Part shown: one piece after another, positions 1 to 11,735 of the stretch | How the letters are laid out: each line of letters starts with the position of its first letter | How positions within the stretch are numbered: the first letter of the stretch is position 1 | NCBI RefSeq assembly: GCF_006345805.1 | Contig: NC_042998.1 | Span: 75,206,001 to 75,270,000, forward strand | Direction: 5' to 3' | From: Octopus sinensis | Taxonomy: Eukaryota | DNA: 64,000 nt | Translations under genes and position numbers: made by a program | The notes under the pieces: model-generated | What the model was told of the DNA's origin: nothing | The model's database searches: none | What the model saw: only the letters and a program-made list of their open reading frames with translations

Positions 1-79
1 GATGATGATGATGATGATGATGATGATGAGATGATAATGATAAAATAATAATAATAATAATAATAACAATAACAATAAC

Positions 80-116
<37 letters not shown>

Positions 117-137
117 TAATAATAATAATAATAATAA
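1..137. repeat. (GAT)n then (AAT/AAC)n microsatellite
   Basis: Read directly from the sequence. Confidence 0.98.
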
Positions 138-138
138 G

Positions 139-560
139 GCCAACAGACCATTTATAGTTGTCAGAGACCATGAAGAAAAAAAATGCTTTCTAATTGATTT
201 ATCAATACCGGCTGATGACAACGTGTCTCTAAAAGAAATGGAGAAACTCTCAAAATACAAAGACCTGGAAATAGAGGTAACTAGAATGTGGAATCTGAAA
301 CCAGAAACAATTCCTATCATAGTAGGTGCATTAGGCATGATAAAAAAATATTCAGACAAATACATGACAAAAACACCAGGACTTACAAACACATATAACA
401 TACAGAAAATTGCACTACTAGGCACTGCACACATCCTACGCAGAACACTTTCCATACAATAACCATCAGAGCATCACAACAAATCACAGCACATACCCAA
501 GGCACACAGAGCTGCGCTCGGTAGTGAAGTGAAAGCACGCTATAAAAATAAAACTACTGA
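139..560 (+). mobile_element. 5'-truncated R4/Dong-clade non-LTR retrotransposon: REL endonuclease C-terminus plus 3' UTR
   Basis: Open frame 139-462 reads ANRPFIVVRDHEEKKCFLIDLSIPADDNVSLKEMEKLSKYKDL...PIIVGALG...QKIALLGTAHILRRTL. This fits the R-PD-x-D...K REL pattern with PD read as PF. It is flanked by (AAT)n on both sides (to 137 and 561-571). Confidence 0.85.
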
Positions 561-1215
561 ATAATAATAATAGGGAATATGACTCCAAACTTACATACAA
601 AATTCAAAATAGTAATACTAAATCAGATTCCACAATATATGTATATAAATTAGAGAAGAAACACCATATAGCAATTCAACAATGATATACTTAAATCATA
701 AGAATATAGAAAAAATTAAAGATACGATAAAATATTTACCTAGAACTAAATAAAGAACGAAATAATAAATAAATAGTATACAATTAGTAAATAGAAAACA
801 CGTGTTTCGTGGCTATATTTACAAACTGTTAAAAATAACATCAATTCAATTTAAATAAAGTCACTCATCAGGTTTAAGCTAAAAACAATAAAATAATTAC
901 GTATATTATCTTATAAGAAAATATAAATATATATCAAAATACGTAATTTTACAATAAAAAACGAACAACATTCAACAATATATTTTAAAATAAAAACATG
1001 AATATATTCTGTTAACTAAATCATTAAACTTAATACGTAGGACTTAGTGTTTATAATAAGTTTACCTCATTTAAAGCGTGGTGTAAATAAAGCTAGAATA
1101 AATAGATAGAAATATGAAAATATATTTTAGCTTATAGAAGAAAAAATAACAAAATATACTATATCATTACTGGAAAATTAAAATATAAGTAACTAAAAAA
1201 AATACTTAAAGCAAC

Positions 1216-1269
<54 letters not shown>

Positions 1270-1658
1270 CATAATATACATTAGGTGAAGCTAAAATGCT
1301 ATAATTTAATCTATATCCATTAAAAAATTATATTATGTATTTATTTAATAAACATCTAAGTTTGAATTTATTCTAATTAAGTAATATATACTAAAAACTT
1401 CATGGTAACTTATATACATCATACTACTACAAACTATAACTACAAGAATTAAAAATAGAAAAGGGTTCAAATATATACACACAAATTAGTTTAAAATATT
1501 TACTTAAATGCAATATTACATAACAAATAAAAAAATACTACCAATTCAATAATATTTTGTTACAAAACTATTTCACAATGTAAATTACATGTAATACGTT
1601 AAGATTATAGTTCACAAGATAATAAAAATAATAATAATTAGTAAATAAATATACGTAT

Positions 1659-1716
1659 TCTTTTTCTTCTTTTTTAGTTTCAGCTCAGAGCTGCGGTCAT
1701 GCTGTTGCACCGCCGT
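1659..1716 (-). mobile_element. SINE 3' tail with A-rich end, fused downstream of the tRNA
   Basis: Minus strand GGCGGTGCAACAGCATGACCGCAGCTCTGAGCTGAAACTAAAAAAGAAGAAAAAGA resembles the tail at 35985-36030 (+). Confidence 0.7.
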
Positions 1717-1731
1717 TAAAATAAAATTATG

Positions 1732-1822
1732 TGCCCCAGGTGAGGGTCGAACTCACGACCTTCAGATTACTCAACAAGTTCGGTTTGATTATGAGACTGA
1801 CGCGCTACCGAGCCACTTATGT
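1732..1822 (-). tRNA. Elongator tRNA-Met(CAT) pseudogene with a 22-nt intron
   Basis: Minus strand reads GGTAGCGCG TCAGT CT CAT A [ATCAAACCGAACTTGTTGAGTA] A TCTGA AGGTC GTGAG TTCGACC CTCAC CTGGGGC A. The anticodon is at 1791-1793 and the intron at 1768-1789, the canonical 37/38 position. The T-arm is intact. The D-arm appears to lack 4 nt and the 5' acceptor strand is degraded. TTTT follows the 3' end. Confidence 0.88.
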
Positions 1823-2203
1823 AACTAATAATTAAAATAATAAATATACGTATCGTAACTCATGATTAACAAATAACAATATAGAAATCAATATTTTTAC
1901 AATAACAATCAAAATTCAACAATATTGTTGAATTTTGTTTGATTGTTATTGTAAAAATATTGATTTCGATATTGTTATTTGTTAATCATAAGTTACGATA
2001 CGTATATTTATTTACTTATTATTATTATTGTTATTATCCTGTGAACTATAATCTTAACGTATTACACACATATATATATATATAACAGCCGAAATCTGCG
2101 ATGAGGGATCAGTTTCTGACTGAAGAATGAAGGCTTTGAATGACCCGTTTGTCTTTTTGTTCGTCCCTTCGTGTATTTCACGTTATTTATTTATGTAAAG
2201 GTT

Positions 2204-2204
<1 letters not shown>

Positions 2205-2291
<87 letters not shown>

Positions 2292-2292
2292 G

Positions 2293-2363
<71 letters not shown>

Positions 2364-2365
2364 CA
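2205..2365. repeat. (TA)n followed by (GATA)n microsatellite
   Basis: Read directly from the sequence. Confidence 0.98.
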
Positions 2366-4299
2366 GACATACATACATATGTATATATGTATATATACAT
2401 ACATATTTGCATATGCATACATTTATCTATGTGTATGTCTAAGCGAGAGGAAGTAGGAGTGCTCGTGTGTGCGTATGTTCCATATGTCATGAATTATGTC
2501 TTCAGTTCTACAGCTGTTATTTGATGGTATTTAGACTTGTTATCCGAGCAAAATGCTTTTCTCACTGCGCCTAACTATTAAAAATATATATATATCAGTA
2601 TGACGTCTAGTGAAGAGCTCTTCACTTGATTCCGATTGCTTTGCTATCTTATGTCCTGGGATATGCTAGTTGATATGCAAAATCCTATTCTACGACGCAC
2701 ATGTATTATTGCTCCGCAATAGGACGTCTTCAATGCTGAAAGGCAACTACTGAAGTTTCCTGCAGGTTTATATTCAAAACAGCTTTTAACTAACTCGAAA
2801 AATATATGTCTGCTGTACTGCTATGCTTTGTTTTTACGTTATTTTGTTGGTGTGTTCACTTCCTGGTGCGTGTGAAGGTAATAAAGAATCAACTGCGCTA
2901 TTCCTAGAATATTGAAGTTACAAATTACATAAGCCCCGTAGAGTGATGCATAAATCGATACCAAATGAGCGTAAAAATAGCGAAACTTTCAGCATTTTAA
3001 ATGTATATTGTTTGTCACTGTACACTGCTAACATCATACCATCTCTAACCCTCCTACATCTTTTATAGACCTTTTAAAATCAAAAGGTAACGTGGCTTAG
3101 TGATATGGCTTTAAATAATGTGTACGAACAAATTAATGTCTCTAGTGTCGTAACAGTTACACCTCAGCGTCTTTGTAATCACACTCAACATATACGACGA
3201 TTTAATTCTTTGAGAAATGATTCTCAGTAAAGACATATCCAATTATCTTCAGCATATTGAAAACTATTAATCAGTTTTATTTCATCTGTATTAACAATCA
3301 ATATTGTTTTTCTAAAGCTGAGTGAAAAGTCGATGTGTTATTTTAACTATTGCTCTTAACGCTCACGTATATTTCTTCCTTTTATTTTAAAGAAATATTG
3401 CGTTTCTCGACTTTTTTTTATAAATTGTGCTAATGTAATCAGATTTAATATATTTTCAGGAGTTTGAAAATATACGTAATCCTTGTTGCTATCTAGTAGT
3501 CTGTACATATTCGCATCAAGTATGTGCGTATATATGTTTAATAACATGTTCACATGCCCTTCAAACGTGGCATGGAAGAAATAAACAACATACTTCTCCA
3601 CAGATCCGAAGTCAACGGGAATAGTTTGGTGCAAACGGCAACACACCGGCTAGGTTTGCGATGCACACATCATATTCGAGGTACAGTGAGGTCTCATACA
3701 AGCGCAGTTGTCTTGACTTGATCTTGCCACTGGACATATCGTCATATAGATTGAAAAGAAGAGTGATTCTGATGTGCACGCAGCTCTTTCACACTTTAAA
3801 CATAAATTCTGTTAGTCTAGCATCTGTGGCTTGTCAGTAAGACATCAAAGCACACGACTGACTGACCGCCATCTAAGAAGCACATAATATTATTATAGTG
3901 ATTAAGTTATTTCCCTAGTCAGCGACAATAGAATTCTGTCACTTCCGTAGTTTCAGTCACACGAAAAATTTAGTATAGGCGTAAGAAGTTACGGTTCTCA
4001 GTTTCTCATATCACTGCTTCCCTTCTTGAAACGTTGCGTAATAATCATAGTATTCATTAATTGATAGCTGAAACATAAAGTAATCATAAGTGACAGACCT
4101 TTTATCATAGTGATCATAAGTGCAGAGTGATTACGTCATTGTTATCATTGATCACGCATGTATGAAAAATGATAACTGTATATATTTACTGCTCCTATAA
4201 TCTTTCCTTTCCTGCCTTGCTTCGTTTATGCAGTTATGTATCATTTATATATTTAACTGTCGGTAGATCATCGTCGAGTCGCTCCTTGAACTTTCATAC

Positions 4300-4750
<451 letters not shown>

Positions 4751-4779
4751 CACTTACACACAAGTGATATAATATTCGA

Positions 4780-6000
4780 AGGTCTTAGAAATTATAGTAG
4801 TTGATGAAAATGAAGCGTGAGTTATAAGAAGTCATTAAATTTTGAATGAATTCAAGGGCATAAAAATTAGAAACAATGTACCTCATGATGATGGAATAGT
4901 TATCGGGATCTACAAATGGCGAAGCGACTCAGTTTATAGGCAACTAGCGGATCTTTTTATATAGTGACTGAAAGGAAATAAACATCCCACTAGATGGAAC
5001 AACGTCCTTATAATATCGTAATCATACCGAGGAGTAACATATTAGATTTTTGAAAAACTCAATGTTTCATATCACCTTACTAGTTTGTATAAAATGTTAC
5101 CAATTAGCAAAAATATTGCCTTAAAATTCAATTAACAAACGTAAAAATTGAGCTTTCGATACGGGTTTTCAACAACTAGATCATTAACATAAGTATACAG
5201 AATAATAGTAAATACAAAACTTTTTATTTCAGCTTTATTGATTATGAGAAACTTTTGATGGCTTACAAATACTAGCTGTGCTTGATGTTATTATTGAACA
5301 ACGAATACATCAAACTTATGCAAGGATTATTAAGAAAATCTATCGTTAGGTAGCAGCATTTATAAGATTTCATTCAAAGAGCGAATAGATCAATTCTGAA
5401 GAAATAGGCCAAGAGGATATCATATCACCCTAACTCGTAAAGGCTGCACGGAAAATTATCTTTAAAACCCTGAACTAGGATGAAAAATATATAACCATTC
5501 GTTGTGTATTTTTAAATCACGCTTTGCTAACAATATAGACTTTCTCTTAAATGATTCTCATTAACTGGAACAAATGTTAAATGAAGTAACAAAGAAGAAC
5601 TGAACATAGATACGAAGAAGAGTTAAGTCATGTTCAACATCCAAAAACAAGGTAACGATAAATATATTTATATTGGACAGCTGGTTAAAGTGAAAAACAA
5701 ACATTTTGAGTAAATAAAAAGACTAATAAAAATGGCTTCTGTGCTTTTCTAAATTATATGACATGACGGAAATTAAAATGTCATTATGTTTGAAGCGCAA
5801 AGAATTACTCATTGTATTATAACAACAATGTTTCATGGAATAGAAACATGACTGGTTCTAAAAGCAGTGAACAACATTCAGAACAAATCAGAGAAATATG
5901 TATGTTAAGAACTGCAAATACGAACCGAATATGTTAGAAATGTATGTGAGCAAAGGTAAACTCAAGAGTCCATAAAACATATTAAGAAGAGAACGGGGAG
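4780..6000 (+). mobile_element. Decayed RTE-clade LINE, RT domain and C-terminus
   Basis: Motif remnants: FIDYEK.FD near 5235-5260, DIISP near 5415, LNH-RFANNI near 5515-5535, YIYIGQ near 5665, HGIET* near 5835. There are many stops and frameshifts. Confidence 0.8.
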
Positions 6001-6204
6001 CTGTAGAATACATACATGCTTACATCCATCTATCTATTCATTTATCTGTCTGTCTATGTGTATGTGTATACGTGCGTTGTGTGTATGTGTGTGTATGTGA
6101 GAGAGAGAGATAGGGATTTTCGGGAGATATATTTTCCGGATGGATACCGCAGCAGCTCTTTGTTATGTTCCAGGTTACGGCTAACCGCATCGATTATTAT
6201 TTAA

Positions 6205-9200
6205 TGTCTATGAATACTAAGAGTTTTCTCTCACACTGCAAGTTCCACCGATGGGTAATTCCATGATCGCTTCCCTGGACGGTAATATTATCTAGAGTAT
6301 ATACTAGCAATAATTATAACGATAGAGAATTTGGAGACCGGTGCATCCTCAACATTTATCTCCTTTATTTTACAATGTCATACAGCATAGTTTTATGGTT
6401 ATGATGACCCACACGTGTTTCCTCAGTACAGAATAAGGGTAGTTTCATATGCAACCGGACATAGTTTTCTGTGCAGCTTCCTTGAGGGTCTTTCAGTCAG
6501 CTTGGCTCGAAGCAAACTGAATTCAGTTGGTTGTTTATTGATTAGGCTTGGTGTTGTTTTGAATCTGAAACCATAAAAATATATTGTATGCCATTGTAAA
6601 ATAAAAGGAAATAAATTTTAAGAACGTAAATGTCTCTATATTCTCTATCGTTATAATTATTGCTAGTATACACTCCTGATAATATTACCATCCAGTGAAG
6701 AGAACACAGAATTACCCATCGGAGGAATTTGTAGCGTGAGTGACAACTCCTAGTAGTCATAGTGGTTAGCCTTGACCTGAAAAATAACTGAGATCACCAC
6801 GGTATCCACCCGGTAGCCGTGACGTGAAAGATAATTTAAGAGATCTACCACGGTATCCGCCCGGAAAACTCTATCCCTCTAAACTCATATTAATAATAAT
6901 TCTCGTATTTCAACGAGCAACTAAGGCAGCATACTAAAATATGGAGAGAATCAACATCTATACATCCCTAAAAGATATCCAGCTGCCACCCAAAATAGTA
7001 TACACAAAAATCTCATCGATAAAACTAATTCCTTCATACTAACTCCTTAATCATTGACCTGGTAGAAGAAAGGATCAACAACACCAAGAATGATGACAAA
7101 TGCTGCATATACTCAAAACACGGAAATGCCAACCACCAAATTCGCAATTGTCAGGATTTGAAGATGACCTTTGGAGTATAGTTAAAAAGATCAAATTCCA
7201 AAAATTTCCCTAAAGGAAGAAGCAACTCCTTAGGAAACTAGTGAAGGAACTCAGGAAAAAAGACGAAATTCTTGCACATGCAGATAAATCTGGTAACCTG
7301 TACTATTTAAAATAGACTCTCTATAATATACTGCTCAAGAACGAAATACTGAAAAACTATTAAGTAACTCATGCCAACAACTTTACCTTAATTTACAGAC
7401 TAAGAAAATAATGGAGAAATGCAGATTAGAGGAAAAAACTGATCTATACCAGCCTAGAACCTTAGAATTAGCCTGAAAGACCACAAGCAAAACTTCAACT
7501 CTAACCCGTCTGTAAGACTAATATGCCTCTCGAAATCGAACCTAGGTAGACTTAGCAAATACATCATTGATACATATAAACCTACACTTAGGAACATTAT
7601 TAAATTTAACCTCTGGTCTAGCTCATACAAAGTAATAGATTGGTTTAACCAGATCACCGGGAAAAAGGTAAGTGAAATTCAGGCAGCTAGATATATCCAG
7701 CTACAATGCCTCTATTTACCGCATCCTCCGCGACAAAGTACTTATCTTTTGCTTGAAAATTTCTTAGCTATCTTAGAGAAGTAAATGTAGTACTAAACAC
7801 CAGAAAGTCTATTATCGAATTCGAAGTAAAATACTGGGTGAGAAAAGATAGGCTGTATATGTTCGATATAACTATGGAATCATTCGACTGCGCTCACAAA
7901 TAGGGGTATTTCTGTACAGAGATGGCGTTCTGTTCGTCTTGCGAAACCCTTCCAACGTTGAGATAGAATGATACGGGACAAAATTACCGTTGTTTTTCAA
8001 ACTCAGAGGGTTATCCATCTCAATAGAGGAGGAACACGCTGCAGTTAACTTCATAGATGTTACACAACCGGCTTATTCAAATCATACCACAAACCTAACG
8101 AAAACCTTAAATACATAAACTACAATAGTAATAGTGCATAACCCAATCAATTGTCAGGAACATTTCCGTCGGCTAACGAGAAAATATTTAAATTAAACGA
8201 GAAGTTATCCCAGTGAACCAAACCAAAACAGATACGTATAATAAGATAAAATAAACTGTAGGATAACAAATTATATCCCAAAATACAATAACAAACAGAT
8301 GAACCCTCATAAGAGGATAGAGAAAACAATAAGAAAAGAGACGGACAAATACATGGAATAAAACCAAAAGATATGCCGTTCGGACGGTAGTAAAAAAGAT
8401 ACAAACACGGGGGAATCTTGGGTGGAACTACCTTGTAGAAATAGCGGATGACACGATTGTGCGCTGAGCCTTAGATGCAAAGTAAACCAGCACAGGTGTA
8501 CATATACATAAAACACTACCAAGAAATACGATAGCAAAAGCCCCAGACATGCGGTCAGCCACCACAAAAGAAGGAAAGGCCCTAACATTAACCACACAAT
8601 ACATAATAATGCCCAAAGTATTTTGGGGATGAGATGAGCCGGATGGAAAGGGTTGTGATGTCAACGGTCAAGGGATCTGACTAGAACAGGAAGGGTGAGA
8701 GAGGAAGTGCGGGCAGCAAGACCAGGGTCGTCCACTTATGGCTTGGCGCACTCGCCGTGAACGGACGTCAGCGGAACAAGCTGGCGGGACTGGTGTTAGC
8801 AGCCGCTTACATTAGGTGCGACGGGTTGGGCGCGTGTTTTGGACTTAAAGCACAGTTCCATCAAACAACAGTAAAAGAAATTCCAGCGCTACTCAGTGGT
8901 ACAATGCTGGATTCGGAAAACAAATAATTTCCAACATTCTGAAGCATTTATACACTGTGTTTGAGAAACACTTCCCAAGCCTAGCAAATATAATAGAACA
9001 TTCAATACGCAAAATGTCCGGCTCACTTCTTCTAATAGTCGTAACCTAGCACTGATCATAACTGTACTACACGCAAGAAAACTCTCTAACATACGAATGA
9101 TTAGACTAGACTAGACAAGGAAAATGACACCATTAACGGAATTATTGATAATGGTAAACCGGGTGACAGGACGGCAATAGTTAATAAGCAGAAGAGACTA

Positions 9201-10503
9201 AAACACTAACACCGGCATAGCGCACAATGTTATGGGAGATAGTAACACACTTAGGGCCAGCAGTCGAGGGAAGACAACTCAGCAGTTGCTTCTACCTCCA
9301 CAAGACAAGGCGCGGAAATCGCTAGAAATAGCAACCCACAAACTCCTATACATAGAAACCTTAGGAAAATAGATCGATAGAAATGAGGGCAGTAGAGAAA
9401 TACAGTAGGAACTACAATACAATAGATAATAGATAATTTTGCTAGTAATAAAGTATGCCCCTCAAACTCTAGATGTTTGATGAAGAAACTATAATACCGA
9501 TGCAAAATCATTCCTGAGGGTAGACCGTAGGAGCCAGCTCGCTAAATTAAGAAAAAATTACTAACAAATCGTTTAAATTCATTTAGGAATAGAAGTAAGA
9601 TAAAAAGTACAAGCTTCAGGAGACTAATCTGGGTCCTTAAAGATAGGGATCATATTCTTACTACAGAGTGAGAGATAATTAGTACGGCTAAACCGTATAA
9701 AACAGTGGGGAGGGATAGATATGAGTTACATTTAGAAGAGTTATGTTTGGACACAAATTACTTAATAGCAGACTGGGACAGGCCTTAAGATGCATACATA
9801 AACAAACCAAAACCTTTAAGAAATTTAACACGTTCTAGTTAACTTAATATCCCACCCATAGATCGGTGGGAAAGAAAAGATAGAAGAACATGTCTTAAAC
9901 TCACCAAATACATGGCATTTTCTTAACCAACTTAATATATATTCTTTTTCCTTCCAACTACAGGGCATAATAAATACCACAGCCACGAAAAAAACTGAAT
10001 AACTAAGAACATAACGTAGAACTGAACCACCCTAAAATAAAATGTATTACAAGATTTGTACTTGAAAGTAAACTTACTAAGTATCCATTTACTACAATAC
10101 AGAAAGAAGCCTGTTAAAACAGTAACATAAACTTTGGCCTAATGAGACAGAACCCTGATTTTGGCCAGCAACTGGTGTGAAACCGAGGTCAACCACACAA
10201 GTTTACAAAAGGATCAGATTTGAGATTCAAAACAACACCCCGTCACATCTCCTTGAACCCTAACCAATATACAACTAGCTGAATGCAATTCGCTTCGAGC
10301 CAAGCTGGTAGAAAGGCCATGAAGGAAGCTGCACAGAAAACTATGCCCGGTTGCAAATGCAACTGCTTATACTCTGTGTAGTAGAAACACGTGTAGATCA
10401 TCGTAGCCATAAAAATATGCTATATGACATAGTAAAATAAAAGGAAATAAACTTTGAGGATGTACCAGGCTCAATATTCTCAATCGTTATGATTATTGTT
10501 GTG
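6205..10503 (+). mobile_element. Near full-length degenerate Penelope-like element, Naiad-type (RT plus C-terminal GIY-YIG), with inverted and direct pLTR copies
   Basis: About 6205-6570 is the reverse complement of the pLTR, whose 3' copy lies at about 10220-10500. 6571-6760 is a direct partial copy. The broken ORF runs 6941-9838. Confidence 0.85.
6941..9838 (+). pseudogene. Naiad-like PLE RT-GIY-YIG ORF, inactivated
   Basis: Motifs in order: MERINIYTSLKDI (6941), FEDDLW (7157), ADKSGNLY (7280), LKDHK (7473), FDITMESFDCA (7862), LYRD-G (7912, one Asp lost), NFIDVT (8047), WYN (8897), EKHFP (8963), CP..SRC (9456), SFRN (9579), IWVLK (9627), LNSR...RCIH near the end. Confidence 0.85.
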
Positions 10504-11075
10504 TGATTGTGATACTGATCACAAAATGGTTAGGGCCAAGTTCAAGTTCAGAGTCAGTAAGAAGATTCGTAGTGCAGGTGTACGAGTACCAAAGAAATTT
10601 TGATGTAGAGCAGGTAAAAGAACCACAAGTTTTGCAGTTGTTACCGAAGAGATACAACAATGTTCACTTTGAAAGTTCATGACAATCTTTCCGTGATAGA
10701 ATATATAAAATGGGATCAGATGTGTTAGGTTTTAAGAGGAGACATCATCGGTTTGACTAATTTGATTCCAATGATACAGTAATAAATGAGCTTTTAGCAA
10801 CAAAGAGATCCACTCATGAAAAGTTTCTTGACCCAAACGTTAAGAACAAAATGCAACTATAAAAGTTGTACAAGTCTCAGAAAACAGACTTGCAAAAAGG
10901 ACTCAGGAGATTTATAGAGATTGGGGGAGAAACATTGTGTGAGGAAGTACAGGCAGCCTATGACAGGAAAGGCATCAAAAGTTTCTATAGTTTATTGTGA
11001 CAAGCTTTTGGATCACAAATCTTCATCATCATATGTTCCCTTGAAGTGGAAAGATGGAAATGAGGTTGAGTATCA
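10503..11075 (+). mobile_element. RTE (BovB-like) LINE fragment: end of AP endonuclease plus linker
   Basis: Reads CDTDHKMVRAKFKFRV...DVLGFKRRHH..FDSND..INELL...EEVQAAYDRK.IKSFYSLL*QAFG. Confidence 0.75.
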
Positions 11076-11635
11076 TAGATCCTCTTAATGCTATGCAACC
11101 GGTACACTCACGGTAGGATTCCAAATCAGAATAGAAACGACTGGAACAAATGCCAGTTTGGCAGTTCTTACTCTTTGGTGAGGATGACAGAAAAATGGGT
11201 CTCCGTGGTTTTCAAATTTAGACTACAAAGATATGGTATAAATGCCACGAAGCATTTCATTTGATACTTTAACACTTCAGTCTAATTCCCCACTTATCTT
11301 TTATCGACTCACTCTATAACCTCAGTAATATTAGAACTATGATAAAGTGCGGCTATAAATAATTCAAACCCTGCTTAACAACACAGCACGGCACTCCGAT
11401 ATTACATGTCGAACTTTTACAACATTGCAGACAAGACACTTTTCTTTTTTCTATTTTGTTGATACTATAACCTCCTTGTCACACTGCCGCAAACTGCCGA
11501 TTCGCACTCACACCGTCATTATGCAGCCTAGACATATCATCTAGAATATGCACCGGCTTCAAGAATAAAAAAAAATGCTGGCATGTGTGTAAGGCTATTA
11601 ATATATTCAACACCATAAAGACATAATCGATGCAT

Positions 11636-11654
11636 ACATACATACACACACACA

Positions 11655-11730
<76 letters not shown>

Positions 11731-11735
11731 ATAAG
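11636..11735. repeat. (TACA)/(CA)/(TA)n microsatellite
   Basis: Read directly from the sequence. Confidence 0.97.

Larger units (their letters stand above)
572..1923 (+). mobile_element. Extremely AT-shifted R4/Dong-like ORF remnant (RT thumb to CCHC region), interrupted by (TA)n and by the 1659-1838 insert
   Basis: Decayed motifs appear in the expected order: YMYIN for YKYLG (636-650), EYR (702-710), a GGRGL-like stretch near 1035-1048, KLHG (1395-1406) and a CKL...IVHKII knuckle-like stretch near 1579-1625. Confidence 0.5.
1591..2065. repeat. Large imperfect palindrome (inverted duplication) centred at 1923/1924
   Basis: 1838-1923 is the near-exact reverse complement of 1924-2012, and 1591-1658 matches about 1997-2065. 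The left arm carries a 180-bp insertion. Confidence 0.93.

Noticed and set aside
570-1590. Possible mitochondrial insertion (also considered for 33560-35400) because of extreme AT content
   Set aside because: No mitochondrial gene, tRNA or rRNA motif was recognisable, and retroelement motifs appear in order.
2609-2626. Perfect 18-bp palindrome AGTGAAGAGCTCTTCACT
   Set aside because: About 0.25 such palindromes are expected by chance in 64 kb, and there is no supporting context.
3356-3646. 96-aa minus-strand ORF with an ankyrin-like HATFEGH
   Set aside because: Only a partial resemblance, with no second repeat and no splice support.
6788-6850. Hammerhead-like CTGA...GAAA upstream of the Naiad ORF
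   Set aside because: The core lacks a nucleotide and there is no stem I pairing.
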